Below, in pieces: positions 39,258 to 47,622 of a stretch of DNA of 64,000 nucleotides (positions within the stretch are counted from its first letter, which is position 1; each line of letters opens with the position of its first letter). The DNA is taken from positions 5,694-69,693 of the forward strand of contig JBDRPF010000039.1 in NCBI GenBank assembly GCA_043827325.1, written 5' to 3'. The DNA comes from Pseudomonadota bacterium (lineage in GTDB: Bacteria > Desulfobacterota > Desulfobacteria > Desulfobacterales > UBA11574). Under the pieces are notes generated by a model. It was given only the letters and a program-made list of their open reading frames with translations, ran no database searches and was not told the DNA's origin. Made by a program: the position numbers and the translations under genes.

Positions 39258-39388
39258 TTGAGACGGCAATGTAAAACGTTCAAGCTCAAGGCGTCGCGAA
39301 CTTCGTGGAATGAGGCGTACTGATGTACGCCGCAGTGAACGCGAAGTGAAGCGCAACACAGAGATTGGACGTTTTACGAAGCCGTCAA
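39258..39388. repeat. Repeat family C, full copy: ~130-nt imperfect palindrome centred on gcgtac-tgat-gtacgc
   Basis: Left arm ttgagacggcaatgtaaaacgttcaag... and right arm ...ttggacgttttacgaagccgtcaa are imperfect reverse complements, symmetric about 39322/39323. It fills the dnaJ-queD spacer up to the queD SD. Confidence 0.75.
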
Positions 39389-39399
39389 AGGAAGGCGTC

Positions 39400-39771
39400 A
39401 TGTTCGAACTCAAGATTCTAACCCATTTTGCGGCAGCACATCAGCTTAAAATGGTGGCTGAAAAGTGCGAAAACCTGCATGGACACAACTGGAAGATCGA
39501 GGTCTGTGTCGCCGGAGAAAGACTGAACGATGCCGGCGTCCTGGTGGACTTCGGGGAATTAAAAAGCCGGGTGGCGGATATCATCGAAAAACTTGACCAC
39601 AAATTCCTTAATGAAATAGATTATTTTCGTGACGGCAATCCACCTTCCTCGGAAAATGTCGCCAGGTTTATCGCTCAGGAACTTCAAGCGGCTGACAACG
39701 ATCCTTCCGTCAAGGTCATCCGGGTGACCGCCTGGGAGTCGGATGACGCCTGCGCTACGTATTTTGTATAA
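39400..39771 (+). CDS. queD: 6-carboxy-5,6,7,8-tetrahydropterin synthase
   Basis: F.AAH.L.....C.NLHGHNW.IEV and LDH.FLNEI motifs. ~123 aa from ATG 39400 (AAAGGAAGG upstream). The ORF-track extension lies in the palindromic repeat. Confidence 0.9.
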   Translation: MFELKILTHFAAAHQLKMVAEKCENLHGHNWKIEVCVAGERLNDAGVLVDFGELKSRVADIIEKLDHKFLNEIDYFRDGNPPSSENVARFIAQELQAADNDPSVKVIRVTAWESDDACATYFV

Positions 39772-39826
39772 GTTGAGATGCGGGTATAGACTATTAAAAA
39801 ACCTCTGGGACCGCTAGGGCAGGACG

Positions 39827-40390
39827 CTAGGGGTTCATTATTTTAAATTGCGCCACCAGCTCATCCCGCGTAATAATCGCGGAAACATCCTCCACGTGGT
39901 TTCGAATATTTTCAAGCCCTCCCTCCTGCCGGTCCACGAGGATGACCGCCCGCACCACATCCAGCCCCTCTGATCTCGCCCTTTCAACCGCCGTGATGGT
40001 AGACCCGCCGGTTGTTGCGACATCATCGATGATGACAACGCGCTGCCCCGGCAGCATGTCCCCTTCAATCCACCGGACAATCCCGTGATCCTTTTTGCTT
40101 TTGCGTATTGAAAATGCGTTGACAGGGCGTTGCCTTAATTCAGATGCAAATGCTGTTGCAACCGCAATAGGATCGGCCCCGAAGGTGAGTCCGCCGATGC
40201 CGTCCGCACCCAAATTCTGTATGGCATCGAAAACAAGATGACCCACCAGGAACATGCCTCTCGGGCTCAATGTAGTGGGTTTGCAGTTCACGTAAAATCG
40301 ACTCAACCGGCCTGAAACAAGTTTAAATGACGGCGTTTCGCTATACGTAAAGGACTTCCGGCACAAAATTTCGATAAGTTCCTGTTTCAT
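39827..40390 (-). CDS. pyrE: Orotate phosphoribosyltransferase
   Basis: PRPP-binding motif [13 protein letters not shown], ~187 aa, F.L.SGR.S.FY.N opening. Confidence 0.9.
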   Translation of the reverse strand: MKQELIEILCRKSFTYSETPSFKLVSGRLSRFYVNCKPTTLSPRGMFLVGHLVFDAIQNLGADGIGGLTFGADPIAVATAFASELRQRPVNAFSIRKSKKDHGIVRWIEGDMLPGQRVVIIDDVATTGGSTITAVERARSEGLDVVRAVILVDRQEGGLENIRNHVEDVSAIITRDELVAQFKIMNP

Positions 40391-40440
40391 TTACGGGTAA
40401 CCCAAAAGAAAGTGTTGATTTTAAGATGGTGATTAGATAT

Positions 40441-40494
40441 TAAAAAGCCTCCACTGAAATGGAAGAAGCTGGTTTAATGGGATTCAGTGGAGGC
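40441..40494 (-). terminator. Terminator-like hairpin in the pyrE 5' leader (candidate attenuator)
   Basis: Perfect 12-bp arms gcctccactgaa / ttcagtggaggc (40447-40458, 40483-40494) with a 24-nt loop. On the minus strand it is followed by ttttta, and it lies about 55 nt upstream of the pyrE ATG. Confidence 0.4.
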
Positions 40495-40753
40495 CCTGAG
40501 CAAGGAAAACTGGTGTCAGCACTCCTCGAACTCGCAATACGTCATATCAATAAAATCGGAACGGGTCAAATTAAAACCCTCTCGCCCGATTCGGAAACCC
40601 AATTCGAGCGAAAGCCGAGGATGTCCGAGATCCAAGGCATCAAGGGCGAAGCTGCAGGAAGCGGCTGTGAACCCTTGACAAAACATGAGATTTGGGGTTA
40701 CTCGTTTTTCCGGAAGGCTGAACAATCCGATTGGAGGTTGAAATAAAACGTAC

Positions 40754-42079
40754 ATGATAACGAAAAAACATTTTTTGGGTCTATTGATTTGTTTGGCTGT
40801 TGGACACCTGTTTGTCATTACCGGCGTTTCCGCCGCAGAAGACCCTGCCGAACAATTTACCCTGGAACAAACTATCGAGAAGGCCATAGAGGTTAATCTC
40901 AAGCTAAAGTCGTCTCAGGAGGAGATAAAGGCGGCCACAGCCGTAAAAAATGTGAAAAGAACCAACTTCTTTCCCACCTTAAATGCATCGTACCAGTACA
41001 TAAAAAGAGACGAAACCGCAGTCGTCGGCGGCACGGTATTGAAAGCCGGAAGAGAGCACACGTTTGTGACCGGATTTAGCCAGCCGATATTTACCGGTTT
41101 TTCTCTGTTGAACCAGTACAATATTGCCGGCCTGGGTCTCGATGTTTCCGTTGTCAGCGAGAAACTCCTGCTCCAGGACATTATATTGGATGCGAAAAGA
41201 ACATTCTTTGATCTTTTAAAGGCCCAAAAACTTGTGGCCATCGCCCAGGAAACCGTTACACAGATTACCGCACAGAAAGATGTGGCGGAGAATTATTACA
41301 CTGTCGGCATGTCCCCTTTAAATGATTTTCTACAGGCGCAGGTCGAGCTGGCCAACGCCGAACAGCAACTCATCGTGGCAAAAAACGACCTGGCCAATGC
41401 CGAATCCAGGTTCAATGTTCTGCTCCGCCGGCCCATTAATTCAACCGTAAATGTTGAAGACATACTCGATTATACGTCCTTCGAGCACGATCTCGATTAC
41501 TGTATTTCAGAAGCGGGAAAAGCCCGTCTGGAGATACAGATCGCTGACAAGGAAATTGAAATCGCCCAAAAAGAAATAGCGCTCGTTCAAAAAGGTTACT
41601 GGCCCAGCGTAAATCTCAACGGGAACTATTTTTTCAACGGAACCGACTGGGATGCCGACGGTGGCCCGGGAATATCCGACCCCGAAGGATGGACCCTTAC
41701 GGCGCTGGCTTCATGGAATTTCTGGGAATGGGGACGAACAACCTACGGAAAAAAAGAGAAGCTGTCGCGTCTTTCCCAGGCAGAGCTGCAAAAAACAGAT
41801 ATTCTTGACAATATTCACCTGGAAGTCAAAACTGCGTATTTGAGAACACAAGAAGCTGAAAAGGCGATCATCGCCATTGAGAAAGCCATTGAGCAGGCAA
41901 AAGAAAACTTCAGGATCAACGAAGAGCGTTACAAGGAACAGATGGCCACTTCCACGGATGTTCTGAATGCACAGACACTTCTATCGAGAACAATGACAAA
42001 TTATTACAACGCACTGTATGAATTTAAAAAGGCAAAAGCTTCTCTGTACAGGGCCATGGGCCAGGAAGTCATGAAATGA
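40754..42079 (+). CDS. TolC-family outer-membrane efflux protein
   Basis: Signal peptide, two-repeat OEP architecture with typical L.L.Q.I..A...N..L and coiled helical segments. Stop overlaps the ftsE ATG (ATGA). Confidence 0.85.
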   Translation: MITKKHFLGLLICLAVGHLFVITGVSAAEDPAEQFTLEQTIEKAIEVNLKLKSSQEEIKAATAVKNVKRTNFFPTLNASYQYIKRDETAVVGGTVLKAGREHTFVTGFSQPIFTGFSLLNQYNIAGLGLDVSVVSEKLLLQDIILDAKRTFFDLLKAQKLVAIAQETVTQITAQKDVAENYYTVGMSPLNDFLQAQVELANAEQQLIVAKNDLANAESRFNVLLRRPINSTVNVEDILDYTSFEHDLDYCISEAGKARLEIQIADKEIEIAQKEIALVQKGYWPSVNLNGNYFFNGTDWDADGGPGISDPEGWTLTALASWNFWEWGRTTYGKKEKLSRLSQAELQKTDILDNIHLEVKTAYLRTQEAEKAIIAIEKAIEQAKENFRINEERYKEQMATSTDVLNAQTLLSRTMTNYYNALYEFKKAKASLYRAMGQEVMK

Positions 42080-42765
42080 TCGATGGAGGCAACAAAGACG
42101 CAATCATCCGGATGTTCCATGTTCACAAGAATTATGGCCCAAAGAAATCCCTCATAGATATCACCCTCGACGTCTATAAAAACGAGTTCCTGTTCATCAG
42201 TGGTCCCAGCGGCGCGGGCAAAACCACCCTGCTCAAGATTCTCTATCTGGGAGAACCCGTATCGGAAGGACAGGTGTTGATCGACGGTATGAATCTCTCC
42301 AGGATATCCCGCAAACGAATACCCTTCCTGAGACGCAAAATCGGAATCATATTTCAAGATTATAAGTTAATATCCACTAAAACGGTTTATGACAACGTCG
42401 CGGTAGTACTCGAGGCCATGGGCAAAAAGCGCCGTCTGATCCAGAAAAAGGTGAGAAGCGTACTGCGAACGGTGGGAATGGAGGACAGGGCCGTTTCACT
42501 TCCCCCGAGCCTTTCCGGCGGCGAGCAGCAGCGGGTTGCGTTTGCCAGAGCTGTCGTCGGTGATCCAAAAATAATTCTCGCCGACGAACCCACCGGCAGT
42601 CTCGATACACAGTCTGCCGATATCATTTTTGATCTTCTCAAACGATTTCACAACCGTGGCGCCACCGTTATTATCGCCACGCACGACAAAGAACTGATGC
42701 GAAAAACCGGAGGGCGGATCATTCATCTCACGCAGGGGTGCATGCAAAGACCGACTGCCCAATAA
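42076..42765 (+). CDS. ftsE: Cell-division ABC transporter ATP-binding protein FtsE
   Basis: Walker [10 protein letters not shown], signature LSGGEQQR, Walker [12 protein letters not shown]. FtsE-type length and opening (I....V.K.Y). Confidence 0.9.
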   Translation: MIDGGNKDAIIRMFHVHKNYGPKKSLIDITLDVYKNEFLFISGPSGAGKTTLLKILYLGEPVSEGQVLIDGMNLSRISRKRIPFLRRKIGIIFQDYKLISTKTVYDNVAVVLEAMGKKRRLIQKKVRSVLRTVGMEDRAVSLPPSLSGGEQQRVAFARAVVGDPKIILADEPTGSLDTQSADIIFDLLKRFHNRGATVIIATHDKELMRKTGGRIIHLTQGCMQRPTAQ

Positions 42766-42771
42766 CTCAAA

Positions 42772-43650
42772 ATGTTTCTTTACTACAAGCGCGCCACACA
42801 AGATATCCGGGACAACTTCTTCCTGAACGCGGTGACCGTCGTCACCATCGCCTTGTCTATCCTTATCGTCAGCGCCTTCGCCCTGTTTTTTGTAAATGCC
42901 AATGAAATAATGCGTTCCTGGAAACAGGGCTTGAGAATAATGGTCTATCTCAAACCGGATATCGCAGAAGAAACGATCTCTGAAATAAAAAGTAAAATCA
43001 GTGGAATGTACGGGGTTCAACGTGTCGAGTTCATATCAAAAGCCCAGGCCCTGTCCATGCTGAAGGAAAAGATGAAGCGTCAATCATCCCTGATCGAGAA
43101 CCTTAAACAGAATCCGCTTCCGGATGCTTTTGAAGTCCGAATGATCGCTTCATCGCAAAACAGAGAAAATATCGAACCCCTGGCAACCCGTATCGAGTCG
43201 ATCCCCCAGGTGGACGAAGTCGAATACGGTCAGAGCTGGCTCGGGCGGTTTACAAATATTTTCAACCTGTTCCGACTAACCGGATACGCATTGGGCGGCC
43301 TCTTCTTTATGGCCTCCGTATTTATCGTGGCCAATACAACCCGGCTTGTTCTTTATTCGCGGCGTGAAGAGGTAGAGATTATGCGTCTTGTCGGCGCTGA
43401 AGACAGATTTATCAGGGCGCCCTTCTACATCCAGGCCCTTATCCAGAGCATATTTGGCAGTGCTATGGGGCTGGGCGCATTGTACATTACCTTTTTGTTC
43501 GTATCTTCAAATGTCGAACAGGATTTTTCATACGGACTTTTTCATATCCGATTTTTCTCTCCCGGCGTTCTTTTGCTTATATTGCTGTGCAGCATGCTCG
43601 TCGGATGGACAGGTGCTTTTATTTCACTGAAACAGTTCTCAAACCGATGA
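42772..43650 (+). CDS. ftsX: Cell-division permease FtsX
   Basis: FtsX topology: N-terminal TM, periplasmic domain, three C-terminal TMs with MRLVGA...FI..PF motif. Confidence 0.9.
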   Translation: MFLYYKRATQDIRDNFFLNAVTVVTIALSILIVSAFALFFVNANEIMRSWKQGLRIMVYLKPDIAEETISEIKSKISGMYGVQRVEFISKAQALSMLKEKMKRQSSLIENLKQNPLPDAFEVRMIASSQNRENIEPLATRIESIPQVDEVEYGQSWLGRFTNIFNLFRLTGYALGGLFFMASVFIVANTTRLVLYSRREEVEIMRLVGAEDRFIRAPFYIQALIQSIFGSAMGLGALYITFLFVSSNVEQDFSYGLFHIRFFSPGVLLLILLCSMLVGWTGAFISLKQFSNR

Positions 43651-45179
43651 CCCCCATGCAAAACCCATGTCTCTCATCTGTCGGCCGTTGCGTGCACGGG
43701 GTAACACCGCATATGAAAATTTATGGTGTCGTTGTTCGCGGGCTGCTGGCCATCGTCGGCGTTCTTCTTGTTTTGAGCACCGCAGCGGTTTACGGCGATC
43801 CGCCGGAAGAAATCGGTACAATAACCGCGCCAAGGCTGAATATGCGGCCTGAACCCGGAACCCAGACCGCCCCGATAAAAATACTTCGCAAGGGAGCAAC
43901 GGTTAAAATTCTTAAGAGGTTTGATGGATGGATCGAAATCATGCATGAAGGACAGGTCGGTTACATCCGGGACAGAACATCCTATGTGCACATCATAAAA
44001 GATCCGGACAGCCAGCCCGCCAGAGACAACGCCATCCCGCCAGACACCGTTCCGGGCACCCCGCTCGACGAAAACGACATACAGCGTTTTAAAAAAGAAG
44101 CCGAAGACATCGGTCGCAAAATTGAAAAATCCAGATCTGAGGTGATGGCCATCACCAAAGAGGAAACCCGCACCATAAACAGTTTGGACGAGATCGATCT
44201 GACCCTCAATAAAACCCGGCGACGTGTGCAGTCTTTTGAATCCGAACTTGTCGATCTCGAAAAAAAGATCGAGGAGACAACCCGGCTCTCTGAAGATCTT
44301 CTGATACAAATAAAAGCCACCGAAGATTACGCCGCTAAACGTCTGGCAGCCCTCTACAGGCTCAACTGGCTGGGCACCCTGAATTTTATCGCTTCCGCCG
44401 AATCCATTTACGAAATTATTTTACGTAAAAAGGCCCTCGAACGGGTCCTGGCATATGATGAGAACATGCGGAGAAACTTTATAGAAAATAAAGCCAGGCT
44501 CGAAGCCCTGCTGGAGAAACAAAACAGTCAAAAAAAGGAAAAGCTCTCTCTGGATGTCGCTTTGAACGAGCAAATAAAGATTATGACCCGGGAGAAGTCA
44601 AAACGCTCTATGCTTCTCGCTGATATTCGCAACCAGCGCTCTCTTGAACTGGCCGCCATCGAATCCTTAAAGCAAGCCGCGATCACGCTCGATCAAACCA
44701 TAAAATCATTAAACGTAAAGCTGGATCAGCCGGAATACGTCGAGAAGAAAGCCGAAGACACGCAACAAAAGCCATTTCACGCTTTAAAAGGGTTGCTTAA
44801 AATGCCCGTCAAAGGTAAAATAGTTTCCTTTTTCGGTTCGTATAAAAACACCAAATTCAATGTCGTAAATTTCCGGAGCGGTATTGATATAGACGCAGAC
44901 CGTGGAGAACCCGTACATGCCGTAAGTACGGGGAAAACGATCTATTCCAGCTGGTTTAAAGGTTACGGCAACATGATCATCATAGATCACGGAGATAGTT
45001 ACTACACGGTTTATGCCCACATTGAAGAACTCTTCAAGGATAAAGGTGATCCGGTAGAAATCGGAGAAGTTATCGCCACCGTCGGCGATTCCGGTTCAAT
45101 GCACGGTCCGAGACTCTATTTTGAGATACGGCATCGCGGAAAACCCGAAGATCCGCTTGTGTGGATTAAAGAAGGATAG
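43647..45179 (+). CDS. EnvC-like murein hydrolase activator: SH3 + coiled coil + M23 peptidase domain
   Basis: Bacterial SH3-like segment (LNMRPEPG....I..L.KGA.V.IL....GW..I), long coiled coil, LytM/M23 domain (GIDIDA..GEPV.AV..G.....W..GYGN.IIIDHG..YYT.YAH). ATG 43647 overlaps the ftsX stop (ATGA); ATG 43713 is an alternative start. Confidence 0.8.
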   Translation: MTPMQNPCLSSVGRCVHGVTPHMKIYGVVVRGLLAIVGVLLVLSTAAVYGDPPEEIGTITAPRLNMRPEPGTQTAPIKILRKGATVKILKRFDGWIEIMHEGQVGYIRDRTSYVHIIKDPDSQPARDNAIPPDTVPGTPLDENDIQRFKKEAEDIGRKIEKSRSEVMAITKEETRTINSLDEIDLTLNKTRRRVQSFESELVDLEKKIEETTRLSEDLLIQIKATEDYAAKRLAALYRLNWLGTLNFIASAESIYEIILRKKALERVLAYDENMRRNFIENKARLEALLEKQNSQKKEKLSLDVALNEQIKIMTREKSKRSMLLADIRNQRSLELAAIESLKQAAITLDQTIKSLNVKLDQPEYVEKKAEDTQQKPFHALKGLLKMPVKGKIVSFFGSYKNTKFNVVNFRSGIDIDADRGEPVHAVSTGKTIYSSWFKGYGNMIIIDHGDSYYTVYAHIEELFKDKGDPVEIGEVIATVGDSGSMHGPRLYFEIRHRGKPEDPLVWIKEG

Positions 45180-45191
45180 AAGGAGTAAACA

Positions 45192-46535
45192 ATGCGCACC
45201 CCCAAAAATCGAAACATAAAACTATGGCTGGTTGCGGTATCTGTCGCTGTATTTATGACACTAACGGCCGGTTTTTACCGTGACCTTCTGGCCGATGCGG
45301 AAGAGACCTACAAAGAGCTTAAAATTTTTTCCGACGTCATTGAGCTGATCGAGCAAAACTACGTTGACCCCGTTGATGCAAAGGAATTGATACAGAATGC
45401 CATTCAGGGGATGGTGAACAGCCTCGATCCCCACTCCGCACTGCTTCCCCCGGACGCTTTTGAGGAACTGCAGATGGACACCCAGGGGAAGTTTACCGGA
45501 ATCGGTGTCAGCATAACCATGCGAGATGGTTTTGTTATGGTGATTGCACCCATAGAAGGTACCCCCGCCTTTAAGGCCGGAATAGAAGCCGGTGATAAAA
45601 TTATCAAGGTCGATGGACAACCGGTCAAAGATTTGCAGGAAGCCGTAAAAATGATGAGAGGGCCCAAGGGAACAACGGTCGTTGTTTTTATTAAGCGGGA
45701 AGAAATTGAAAAACCGTTGGAATTCACGCTGATTCGAGATGTTATACCCATAGAGAGCGTAAAAGCCATTCTCCTGAAACCGGGGTACGGATACATCCGG
45801 ATCACAAACTTCAGTGACGGCACGACAAAAGATCTCGTCGCCGCTCTAAAAGAACTGGAATCGGGAGACCCGCCCCTCTCCGGTCTCGTGCTCGATCTGC
45901 GTGGAAATCCCGGGGGACTGCTCCCTCAATCAATTCAAGTTTCGGACATTTTCCTGGACAGTGGTACAATACTATCCATCAAGGGCCGGGTGGAAAAACA
46001 TACAAAAATTTATACGGCACACCCCAACGCGATCAAGCGGAGTTATCCGATCGTCGTGCTGATTAACGGCGGGAGCGCCAGCGCATCAGAAATCGTTGCC
46101 GGAGCGCTGCAGGATAACAAGCGGGCGCTTTTACTGGGAACCAATTCATTCGGAAAAGGATCTGTCCAGACCGTAGAAACCCTGAGAAACGGTTTCGGTA
46201 TTAAACTAACCATCGCGAGATATTATACGCCCAGCGGCCGATCGATACAGGCAAAGGGCATTGAACCGGATATCGTCGTGAAATACAAACTCTTAGACCC
46301 GTCTGATTCGGCAGGGACTGACAGCCGCATAATCAAAGAGAAGGATCTGAAAAATCATCTCGAGGCGGAACCAACGCAAGCTGAAAGAAAAGAGACCGAC
46401 AAAAAGAAATTGCAGATCACTGAAGAAGAAAACAAATATCGGAAGCTCAAACTCGAAGCGCTTCAATCCGACAACCAGGTGATGCGTGCGCTTGAAATCC
46501 TTGTCGGTCACAAACTTTTCAAGGATATTACCTGA
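45192..46535 (+). CDS. ctpA: Carboxy-terminal processing peptidase (S41 family)
   Basis: PDZ segment (GIG........V..PIEGTPA.KAGI..GD.I..VDG), LDLRGNPGG and GGSASASEI motifs. Confidence 0.9.
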   Translation: MRTPKNRNIKLWLVAVSVAVFMTLTAGFYRDLLADAEETYKELKIFSDVIELIEQNYVDPVDAKELIQNAIQGMVNSLDPHSALLPPDAFEELQMDTQGKFTGIGVSITMRDGFVMVIAPIEGTPAFKAGIEAGDKIIKVDGQPVKDLQEAVKMMRGPKGTTVVVFIKREEIEKPLEFTLIRDVIPIESVKAILLKPGYGYIRITNFSDGTTKDLVAALKELESGDPPLSGLVLDLRGNPGGLLPQSIQVSDIFLDSGTILSIKGRVEKHTKIYTAHPNAIKRSYPIVVLINGGSASASEIVAGALQDNKRALLLGTNSFGKGSVQTVETLRNGFGIKLTIARYYTPSGRSIQAKGIEPDIVVKYKLLDPSDSAGTDSRIIKEKDLKNHLEAEPTQAERKETDKKKLQITEEENKYRKLKLEALQSDNQVMRALEILVGHKLFKDIT

Positions 46536-46541
46536 CAATAA

Positions 46542-47519
46542 ATGGCCCAACAGAAACCCGTTAAAAAAAGAACGGCCAAAACAGGGAAATCCGCGAAGCG
46601 CCCTGACTTTAAAACGCATCTTAAAAGGAGTATTGCCGGACTGTTCATTCTGGTTCTTCTGGTGGTTTCAGCAGGCGTTCTTGCGCATTATATGATGCGG
46701 CGAAAAATGCCTGAGCAATCGTTACCTGCCGTTAAACCCGCTCCGGTCTACAAAAAAGAGATACCACCGCCGGCCTTTGAAATCTTCCCCAAAGAGGAAG
46801 CACCCCTCCCGAAACCGGTACCGGCGCCCGAAATTCCTCTTCCTGAAAAACAACCCAGGGCGGCCATTATCATCGATGATCTGGGGTATGACCGGGGGAT
46901 TGCGGAAAAATTTCTCGAACTTGATGCCGTTCTCACGTTTTCCGTGCTCCCGTACAGCCCCTTTCAGAAAAAAATTGCGCGCGCCGCCCATGAAAAAGGA
47001 TATGACACCATGCTTCATCTGCCTATGGAGCCTTTCGAGTATCCTGACGTGGATCCCGGCCTCGGTGCGTTGCTTACCGCCATGTCTCCGGACCAGCTCA
47101 TCAAGCAGCTCAATGACGACCTGGACACCGTTCCGTTTATTAAAGGTGTCAACAATCACATGGGCTCTAAGATGACGACCCTGTCCCCACAGATCTACCA
47201 GATCTTTTCCGTTCTGAAAAAGAGGAACCTTTTTTTCATCGACAGCCGATCGACCCACAAAACCATCTGCAGGCCGTCTGCCCGGTTGTTTCAAATTCCA
47301 TTCGGCGAAAGGAATGTATTTCTCGACCACAATCCGGATCCCGAATCCATACGCCGCCAGATAGGGCGCCTGATTGAAATCGCCAGAAGCCACGGCGAAG
47401 CTATCGGCATCGCACACCCGCATATGGTTACATACGAAGTGCTGCGGAGTCAGCTGGCGGACATAAAAAGACAGGTCCGTCTTGTCCCGGCTTCAGAGGT
47501 CGTACATATCACCGAATAA
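46542..47519 (+). CDS. Divergent polysaccharide deacetylase family protein (YibQ-like)
   Basis: N-terminal anchor, Pro-rich linker, then AAIIIDDLGY...FSVLP...HLPMEP...NHMGS pattern. Confidence 0.8.
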   Translation: MAQQKPVKKRTAKTGKSAKRPDFKTHLKRSIAGLFILVLLVVSAGVLAHYMMRRKMPEQSLPAVKPAPVYKKEIPPPAFEIFPKEEAPLPKPVPAPEIPLPEKQPRAAIIIDDLGYDRGIAEKFLELDAVLTFSVLPYSPFQKKIARAAHEKGYDTMLHLPMEPFEYPDVDPGLGALLTAMSPDQLIKQLNDDLDTVPFIKGVNNHMGSKMTTLSPQIYQIFSVLKKRNLFFIDSRSTHKTICRPSARLFQIPFGERNVFLDHNPDPESIRRQIGRLIEIARSHGEAIGIAHPHMVTYEVLRSQLADIKRQVRLVPASEVVHITE

Positions 47520-47529
47520 TGAAACAACG

Positions 47530-47558
47530 TTGACACGGCAGCATCATTTCTCTATACT
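47530..47558 (+). promoter_or_regulatory. Sigma70-like promoter of the AmmeMemoRadiSam operon
   Basis: TTGACA (47530-47535), 17-nt spacer, TATACT (47553-47558), 65 nt upstream of the first ATG. Confidence 0.5.
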
Positions 47559-47622
47559 CCCTGCACTGCAGACGTTTTTGCGTTTATAGCGATTTTCAAA
47601 ACACCGTGCCCAGGGTCACCTC

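Noticed and set aside
39772-39826. Convergent terminator between queD and pyrE
   Set aside because: There is only a direct repeat (cgctaggg twice) and a weak 7-bp pairing with a 23-nt loop, and no U-tract.
40459-40746. 95-aa plus-strand ORF and overlapping 128-aa minus-strand ORF (40516-40902) in the pyrE-tolC spacer
   Set aside because: Neither has a ribosome-binding site or family resemblance. The minus-strand ORF overlaps the tolC start. The region is better explained as divergent regulatory or leader DNA.
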